DNA of 32,380 nt, taken from the sequence record SRR16203515_3109. One strand, 5' to 3'. The number at the start of each line of letters is the position of its first letter. Positions within the stretch are counted from its first letter, which is position 1. A model generated the notes under the pieces. It ran no database searches and was not told the origin of the DNA. It was given only the letters and a program-made list of their open reading frames with translations. Both the position numbers and the translations under genes were made by a program. Shown in pieces: positions 26,532 through 32,380 of the stretch.

Positions 26532-27257
26532 TTAATTATTAAGGTTTTGAGCGAGTTTTTCACTACTGGAAAGTTTTGCGACTAGCGGTCTCAGCACGCC
26601 TTCAGCAAATAAGGCCGCATACAAAAGCATCAATAAACATACAGCATAAGCAGGGTAGAGTACTGCTGTATCACCATCAAAATTGCTGTTGATTGAAATT
26701 ACGCCAATGATCACCCCAATGGCACTGCCGCCATACGCAAAGGTTATTTGTTTTCGCAAAATTAACGCTAAATAGCGAGTTGCAGACGAAGGTTCGACTT
26801 CATCAGAAAACAAATAGCGAAGCCCCGTAATCGATTTTATTAAGCCATTGCTTCCGAAAGCAATAACTGTTGCTGCATAGATAAATAAGCCTAAAAATAT
26901 AGCGCTGAAATAATCAGCAAACATTGCTAAGTCACCACCCAGTATTACCAACATTCCAACGGCAGCTATAACAACTAATAGCGCAAAAAAATTCTGCATA
27001 AATAATTTCCTTTTCCAGTTAACTTCAAGTTTGTCGGAAACAGGAATAAGATCTACAGGAGATACTTCAAATACCGCTGCTAGTGACAGTTGAGTTTCTG
27101 TTGAACTGGTACCATCTTTTTCAACCCGCTGAATTGTTCTCAGGCTCAACCCTGCCGCTTTCGCTAAAACGTCTTGTGACCAACCATTGTTTTTACGGAA
27201 ATATTTAACTTTTTCCGGCGAAAGGTTGTTAGAGGAATTCTCTGTATTACGAGTCAA
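26532..27257 (-). CDS. XRE-family HTH fused to a MotA/TolQ/ExbB-like membrane domain
   Basis: HTH 'VKYFRKNNGWSQDVLAKAAGLSLRTIQRVE'; four hydrophobic segments, the last two resembling MotA TM3-TM4 ('IGVIIGVI...AVCLLMLLYAALFAEGVLRPLVAKL'); TTG start with GGAG RBS. Confidence 0.75.
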   Translation of the reverse strand: MTRNTENSSNNLSPEKVKYFRKNNGWSQDVLAKAAGLSLRTIQRVEKDGTSSTETQLSLAAVFEVSPVDLIPVSDKLEVNWKRKLFMQNFFALLVVIAAVGMLVILGGDLAMFADYFSAIFLGLFIYAATVIAFGSNGLIKSITGLRYLFSDEVEPSSATRYLALILRKQITFAYGGSAIGVIIGVISINSNFDGDTAVLYPAYAVCLLMLLYAALFAEGVLRPLVAKLSSSEKLAQNLNN

Positions 27258-27456
27258 AATGTATACTCCAAAATCATATTACTGTTTCGCCAGCAAAGAT
27301 GCGGGAAATTGGTGTCAAAATAAATATAAACGATACGTCAAACTAACGACAGCGATATGACACTAACCGGAATCACTAGCCTAGAATCAAATTAGCACCG
27401 CTTAGTCTCTAACAGCTAGCAGTCGTTAATATTCACTAAGGTAACTAAAAAATAAT

Positions 27457-27480
27457 AAAAAAGCCCACCTAGTGGCGGGC
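27457..27480 (-). terminator. Intrinsic terminator after hutC
   Basis: Minus strand GCCCGCC-acua-GGUGGGC followed by U6. Confidence 0.8.
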
Positions 27481-27547
27481 AATTTAAACATGGATTATTA
27501 AAAATTAAGCTATCAAATCTTTGTGATTACGTATTAACTAGCAAATA

Positions 27548-28249
27548 TCAGAACTTCAAGTGGCTACCTAAACGGTACTTCTCGCCTGGTGACGTCAAGA
27601 TTGCGTAGCTAACAACGCCTTGGCTGGACCAAGTACGACGTTTTACTTGTAAACAAGCGCTCGGATGAGAAATAGCCAAAGCATCACAAATATTGGCACT
27701 AGCTAAAACCGCTTCTACTTCGTGCGTTGCTTCAGTTAATGGTGCAACCATAGATAAATATTCGTGTGGTGTGATTTTAGTAAAATCTTGGGCAAGATAA
27801 TCAGTGATCAGACTCGGGTTTACAAAGCGCTGTTCCAGCTGAATCGGTTCGCCATTTTCTAGATGTAAAACTTCAGAATAAAATACTTTCGATTTAACAG
27901 GAACATTGAGCAAGATAGCCATTTCTTTTTCAACAGCAGCTTCGCGCAATTCAATTTGCAATGCTGTATGAAGATGACCGCGTTCTGAAATTTCATCAGC
28001 AATGTTTCTAATTTCTAAAAGCGAGGATTGCGTTTTGAAAGTCGCGACAAAAGTACCTGCACCTTGCGAACGAACCAAAACACCTTGTTCGGTCAATTCT
28101 TGCAGCGCGCGCCTTGCCGTCATTCTGCTAACATTAAACAACGATGATAATTTATTTTCTGAGGGAACCTTTGAGTGTTGAGCCCATTCACCACTCTCAA
28201 TTTTCTCACAAATGTGTTGTTTTATTTGACTAAATTTGGGTAACGCCAT
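27548..28249 (-). CDS. hutC: Histidine utilisation repressor (GntR/UTRA)
   Basis: 'KVPSENKL...VSRMTARRAL', 'LLEIRNIADEI' and 'PIQLEQRFVNP...YLAQDFTKITPHEYL'; hut context. Confidence 0.95.
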   Translation of the reverse strand: MALPKFSQIKQHICEKIESGEWAQHSKVPSENKLSSLFNVSRMTARRALQELTEQGVLVRSQGAGTFVATFKTQSSLLEIRNIADEISERGHLHTALQIELREAAVEKEMAILLNVPVKSKVFYSEVLHLENGEPIQLEQRFVNPSLITDYLAQDFTKITPHEYLSMVAPLTEATHEVEAVLASANICDALAISHPSACLQVKRRTWSSQGVVSYAILTSPGEKYRLGSHLKF

Positions 28250-28304
28250 CGTTACATTCCTTACTTAGCATACATATATTATCAAGGTAATTGTACGCAT
28301 TTAA

Positions 28305-28318
28305 CTTGTATATACAAG
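28305..28318. promoter_or_regulatory. HutC operator
   Basis: Perfect palindrome CTTGTATATACAAG (TGTA-N2-TACA core) between divergent hutC and hutI. Confidence 0.9.
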
Positions 28319-28461
28319 CTTGCTTGTTAAATTATGATCGAGTACAGTGGCGCACATTGTAAATTCTTCAGATCACAAGAGTATAGAATTAATTTTTAAT
28401 TCGACTTTATGTGTTAAGAAACGGCATAAAGCCTATAAATTATTGCGGGATAATACAGCTT

Positions 28462-29709
28462 ATGAGTGCAGATTCAAGTAATTGGCAAACGCTTTGGACC
28501 AATTGTCATATTGCGACCATGAACAATGGCAGCAAAGATTATGGTGCGATTGAGAATGGTGCTTTAGCGATTGCAAACGGAAAAATAGCTTGGATCGGCT
28601 TAGAAACAGAATTACCTGACTATGATAACGAGCAAGTGAATGTGATCAATGCAAAAGGGCGCTGGCTAACACCTGGATTGATCGATTGCCATACTCATCT
28701 TGTATACGGAGGCAGCCGAGCAAATGAATTTGAAATGAGACTTGAAGGCGCAAGCTATGAAGAAATAGCAAATGCTGGCGGCGGAATAGTTTCTACAGTC
28801 GCTGCAACTAGAGTGGCGTCAGAAAATGAGCTATTTAACTCAGCGCTACCTCGTTTAAAGGCATTGCATCATCAAGGTGTGACTACGGTAGAAATCAAAT
28901 CTGGTTATGGTTTAGATACGAAAACAGAAACCAAAATGTTGGAAGTGGCGAATAAGTTATCAAGAACGCTGCCTGTCACCGTAAAGAAAACTTTTTTGGG
29001 CGCTCATGCTCTACCAACAGAATACAAGGGCGATGCAGATAGCTACATTGACCTAGTGTGTAATGAAATGCTCCCAAGTATCGCGAGTAAGCAATTAGCG
29101 GATGCCGTAGACGTATTCTGTGAAGGTATAGGGTTTGATATCGCACAAACAGAAAGAGTATTCTCTTGTGCTAAAGCGTTTGGACTGCCGGTAAAAGTTC
29201 ATGCTGAACAATTGTCGAATTTAGGCGGAACCGAGTTGGCAGCCAAATATAAGGCGTTATCATCAGATCACGTTGAATTTCTCGATGCAAAAGGCATTCA
29301 AGCGATGGCGGAGGCTGGAATGGCGGCGGTGCTGTTACCGGGAGCATTTTATTTTCTGCGAGAAACCCAGTTACCACCTGTTGATTTGCTGAGAAAGCAC
29401 AATGTTCCAATGGCTATTGCGACAGATGCTAACCCTGGTTCATCACCCATTTGTTCAATTCAATTGATGCTAAATATGGCATGTACTTTATTTAGGTTAA
29501 CGCCAAGTGAAGCGATCGCTGGCGTAACGAATGCCGGCGCAAAAGCGCTTGGTTTAGGCGAGGAAAAAGGCGTATTAGCAAATGGATATGATGCAGATAT
29601 TGCTGTTTGGGATATCACGCAGCCTGCGGAACTTTGTTATCAATTTGGCGTGAATCCACTAAAATACTTAATAAAGCAAGGTGATATTGTTCATGAAAAT
29701 GAGCAATAA
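28462..29709 (+). CDS. hutI: Imidazolonepropionase
   Basis: '[25 protein letters not shown]', 'EIKSGYGL', 'TFLGAHA', 'DAVDVFCE', 'HAEQLS' and '[10 protein letters not shown]'. Start uncertain (28411 or 28462). Confidence 0.96.
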   Translation: MSADSSNWQTLWTNCHIATMNNGSKDYGAIENGALAIANGKIAWIGLETELPDYDNEQVNVINAKGRWLTPGLIDCHTHLVYGGSRANEFEMRLEGASYEEIANAGGGIVSTVAATRVASENELFNSALPRLKALHHQGVTTVEIKSGYGLDTKTETKMLEVANKLSRTLPVTVKKTFLGAHALPTEYKGDADSYIDLVCNEMLPSIASKQLADAVDVFCEGIGFDIAQTERVFSCAKAFGLPVKVHAEQLSNLGGTELAAKYKALSSDHVEFLDAKGIQAMAEAGMAAVLLPGAFYFLRETQLPPVDLLRKHNVPMAIATDANPGSSPICSIQLMLNMACTLFRLTPSEAIAGVTNAGAKALGLGEEKGVLANGYDADIAVWDITQPAELCYQFGVNPLKYLIKQGDIVHENEQ

Positions 29710-29846
29710 AATCAGTTTTTACCCCCTCAAAAAGACCATGGTTTGATCCTAATTCTGCTAGGTAGTGATACTTCTGTACAATAGTTTCACTATTGAGTAA
29801 TCTTGTGAATAACGCGCTAGGGTAGCGCTATGTGCAAGGTTTTTAT

Positions 29847-31997
29847 ATGGATTATTATCGTCAGCCCACTCACTTTTTAAGCACTTTTTATCGAGTCTTT
29901 TGGGGCAGTAAACAAATTATCACTTCCAAGAATAGCGCACTATTTATTTCGCTATTTCTCTTCTCTTATCCCGTAACCGCTGCTGGTTTTTCTTTTGTCG
30001 AATTCAATATTGCGTTTGTACTTGGCTTGAGTCTACCCGTACTTATCATTACAAGTTTAATTAAACCGCTTATTAAAGTAAAAATAAGATACCCAGCGCT
30101 GTCTTCGTTGTTTTTATTGGGTTTACTCTATACGTTGGCACACCTCTATAAAAGTAATATTGCCGTATTGCTAACGTTTGCAAGCTGCTTTGTAACCGCG
30201 ATCGTATTGTGGCCACCGAACACGACAGATAAAACTCGATCAACAAAAAAACTATTTACCACAAGAGCAAGTTTTGTAGCGGCCGCAATATACCTCGGAA
30301 TGGTATGGTTTCTCCCGCAGTTTGACGCGTACTTAGGCTGGCTGATTTTCGGGGTAACCTTACTCTTATTGAGTGGTATGAGGCTAGCAAATTTGTTGCA
30401 CGGCGATAGTATAATTACCGTTCGCGTATTTACTCGTTGGATTTTAATCATTGCGCTAGTTGTCTCAACGTTCTTATGGTTGAACGTTAAATTGGCAGAC
30501 AAATGGTATATAACAATACTCGTTTTAAGTTACGTCATTACTTTGCTCAGTGGCAGTTGGACCATAGTTCAAGCGATACTTGACAAGCTTTCCAATAAAT
30601 ATCGAAATCAAATGGTCTCGCTTGAAGACATTTATACTTATACCCACGACCATGCGACCAATTTGCCCTCTCATCAATACGCTTTGAATAAGTTAGAGTT
30701 AGAAATTAAATCAACCAATAGAAAATACGCAGCGGTTGTATTCAGGCCGTTAAATTTTCAGCAAGTTAATCAAGTATTAGGTCATCACAACTCAGACATT
30801 CTGCTTTTACAATTCGCCTTTACTATCTCGCAGGCGCTGACTAACAAGTCGGAATTGTTTAATTTTGAAGGCCAATCCCAACCCGTCAGAATGGCGAGAT
30901 TGCAAAGCCTTCAGTTCTTAGTGGTATTAGATTTGACTGATAATTCTCACCCAGAAGAAACGGTGCTCGAAGCGTTGGCAAAAGAAATTAGTGATGCTGT
31001 GCCAAGTGCAATGAGCTACAAGAGCTTTTCTCTACATATGGAATTGGCGTTCGGCGGCGCGATTATCGGACAACATGGCAAGGATATGAATGATGTGATC
31101 GCTTGCGCGGAAGATGCGCTATTGGTCGCAGAAAAGCAAAAACAACTATTCCATCTATTTACTCATGATACGAATGCTTATAGCGAACAACATTTAAGAC
31201 TAATGGAGCAACTTCAACTAGATATCGAAGAAGAGCAGCTTAATTGGGTTATTGAGCCGCAAGTAAACTTAAATGATAAAAAAATCACCGGGTTTGAGCT
31301 CTCGGTGGCCTGGAAAGCGCCAGGTACAGTCAAAATGTCTCTTAATGAAACTATTACATTGGCCGAACAAACTGGCAAAGTACATTTGTTGACAAAACAG
31401 ATGATCACACAAGCTTTTAAGTTATTATTTTCTTTGCAAAAAATTGGTATATTTCAACCTGTAGCGATTAAGCTATCAAGCAAAGATTTATTAGAACCTG
31501 ATTTGGTCGATTATATTGAAAGCACATCTCAAAGTTATGATATATCAACAAAATATTTGTTAGTAGAATTGACAGAATCGGTCATGTTCGACGCATGTTT
31601 AGCGTCAAAAACCATTATTGATCAACTCAAATCAATAGAAGTCAGCATCTCGATAGATCAATTTTCTGGAAGCTATGAGGCGTTACGGTACATGAGAAAA
31701 ATGTCGATTAACCAAGTCAAAATTGCTTGTCAGGATTTAACAACTTCGAAGGATGCCGGAGCAGACAAAGCGATAATTAATGCGCTGGTGAACCTAACAA
31801 AAACAATGGGCATGCCTCTTGTAGGAACGGGTATTGATAATAAGGATATTGAACAAGTCTTTACTAAAATAGGCGGAGAAATTGGCCAAGGTAGAGCGAT
31901 TAAGTACAATCTGAATATAGAAGAAGCGACTCACTGGGTTAAGTCGTGGAATACTCAGTACCCTCACTTATTAGATGATACTCAATCGCCCTCTTAA
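29847..31997 (+). CDS. Multi-pass membrane protein with degenerate GGDEF and EAL domains
   Basis: About 8 N-terminal TM segments; GGDEF scaffold 'THDHATNLPS...FQQVNQVLGHHNSDILL...ARLQSLQF'; EAL scaffold 'EPQVNL...GFELSV...VELTES...IDQFSGSY'. Confidence 0.85.
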   Translation: MDYYRQPTHFLSTFYRVFWGSKQIITSKNSALFISLFLFSYPVTAAGFSFVEFNIAFVLGLSLPVLIITSLIKPLIKVKIRYPALSSLFLLGLLYTLAHLYKSNIAVLLTFASCFVTAIVLWPPNTTDKTRSTKKLFTTRASFVAAAIYLGMVWFLPQFDAYLGWLIFGVTLLLLSGMRLANLLHGDSIITVRVFTRWILIIALVVSTFLWLNVKLADKWYITILVLSYVITLLSGSWTIVQAILDKLSNKYRNQMVSLEDIYTYTHDHATNLPSHQYALNKLELEIKSTNRKYAAVVFRPLNFQQVNQVLGHHNSDILLLQFAFTISQALTNKSELFNFEGQSQPVRMARLQSLQFLVVLDLTDNSHPEETVLEALAKEISDAVPSAMSYKSFSLHMELAFGGAIIGQHGKDMNDVIACAEDALLVAEKQKQLFHLFTHDTNAYSEQHLRLMEQLQLDIEEEQLNWVIEPQVNLNDKKITGFELSVAWKAPGTVKMSLNETITLAEQTGKVHLLTKQMITQAFKLLFSLQKIGIFQPVAIKLSSKDLLEPDLVDYIESTSQSYDISTKYLLVELTESVMFDACLASKTIIDQLKSIEVSISIDQFSGSYEALRYMRKMSINQVKIACQDLTTSKDAGADKAIINALVNLTKTMGMPLVGTGIDNKDIEQVFTKIGGEIGQGRAIKYNLNIEEATHWVKSWNTQYPHLLDDTQSPS

Positions 31998-32130
31998 TAT
32001 TTGTTGGTGGGGTTCATAAATACCGCGTTTATGTAGACCATGTTTGTAACTGGTGACCTTAACTAATTATCTTAAGCTTGAGTTCATTATACCTGCAGTA
32101 TAATTAGCAAAGAATGAGAAGTGACCACCC

Positions 32131-32379
32131 TTATTCTATATCGAGAGGCTCTGGTGAAAGAATTACACCAGTGTTGTCCGCATATATATGGTCATCAGGT
32201 AAGAATGTTACACCACCAAAATTGATCGCTAAGTCGCTCTCGCCTGTATTTTCATCCGAAGCACCAACTGGAATTGAAATAATACCTTGTATCCCTAAAT
32301 CAACTTCTTCAAGGGCATCAACATCTCGAACACAGCCGTAGCAAATAATGCCTTCCCAGCCGTTTTTTGCAGCAGCTTC
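32131..32379 (-). CDS. rraA: Regulator of ribonuclease activity A; 3' part, truncated by window edge
   Basis: Manual translation [31 protein letters not shown]...[31 protein letters not shown]. Not in the ORF track. Confidence 0.93.
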   Translation of the reverse strand, partial: EAAAKNGWEGIICYGCVRDVDALEEVDLGIQGIISIPVGASDENTGESDLAINFGGVTFLPDDHIYADNTGVILSPEPLDIE

Positions 32380-32380
32380 T

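Noticed and set aside
26532-27257. MotA-like domain as Zorya ZorA anti-phage component
   Set aside because: There is no ZorB/MotB-like neighbour, no long cytoplasmic tail and no zorC/D/E.
142-31408. Other short overlapping ORFs in the track (e.g. 142-417, 2058-2471, 2550-2942, 7959-8234, 24918-25205, 30146-30502)
   Set aside because: They are antisense or alternate-frame shadows of well-supported genes, without recognisable domains.
32114-32341. 75-aa plus-strand ORF
   Set aside because: It is antisense to rraA, which is clearly encoded on the minus strand.

Overview
AT-rich marine gammaproteobacterial chromosomal segment. Gene content suggests Alteromonadales, probably Colwelliaceae (inference). 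Left to right: the 3' end of an L-2-hydroxyglutarate-oxidase-like FAD enzyme, an orphan periplasmic binding protein, an MFS transporter, dgkA, an FAH-family gene, a COG3014-ycfL-lpoB-glycine-zipper envelope operon and a Gly/Lys-rich lipoprotein. Next come an exported M20 amidohydrolase, an exported SxxK serine hydrolase with a divergent LysR, and a GlyGly-CTERM surface protein divergent from a PepSY/response regulator/sensor kinase operon plus DUF3300. These are followed by yajD, an outer-membrane beta-barrel, a PKD lipoprotein, hemE, a mosaic histidine-utilisation cluster (LysR, hutH, long-form hutU, XRE-MotA-like gene, hutC, hutI), a doubly degenerate GGDEF-EAL membrane protein and the 3' end of rraA. 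The main observations not in the ORF track are: (1) three gene-oriented TTCAG-N6-TTCAG boxes that suggest a local regulon for the PepSY two-component system; (2) a candidate ~105-nt A-rich sRNA with its own promoter and terminator, followed by arm-type-like repeats and a 53-codon integrase arm-domain stub, which looks like a decayed island; (3) a hut cluster in which hutHU appear to be a foreign, LysR-controlled replacement; (4) an XRE-HTH fused to a shortened MotA-like membrane domain.
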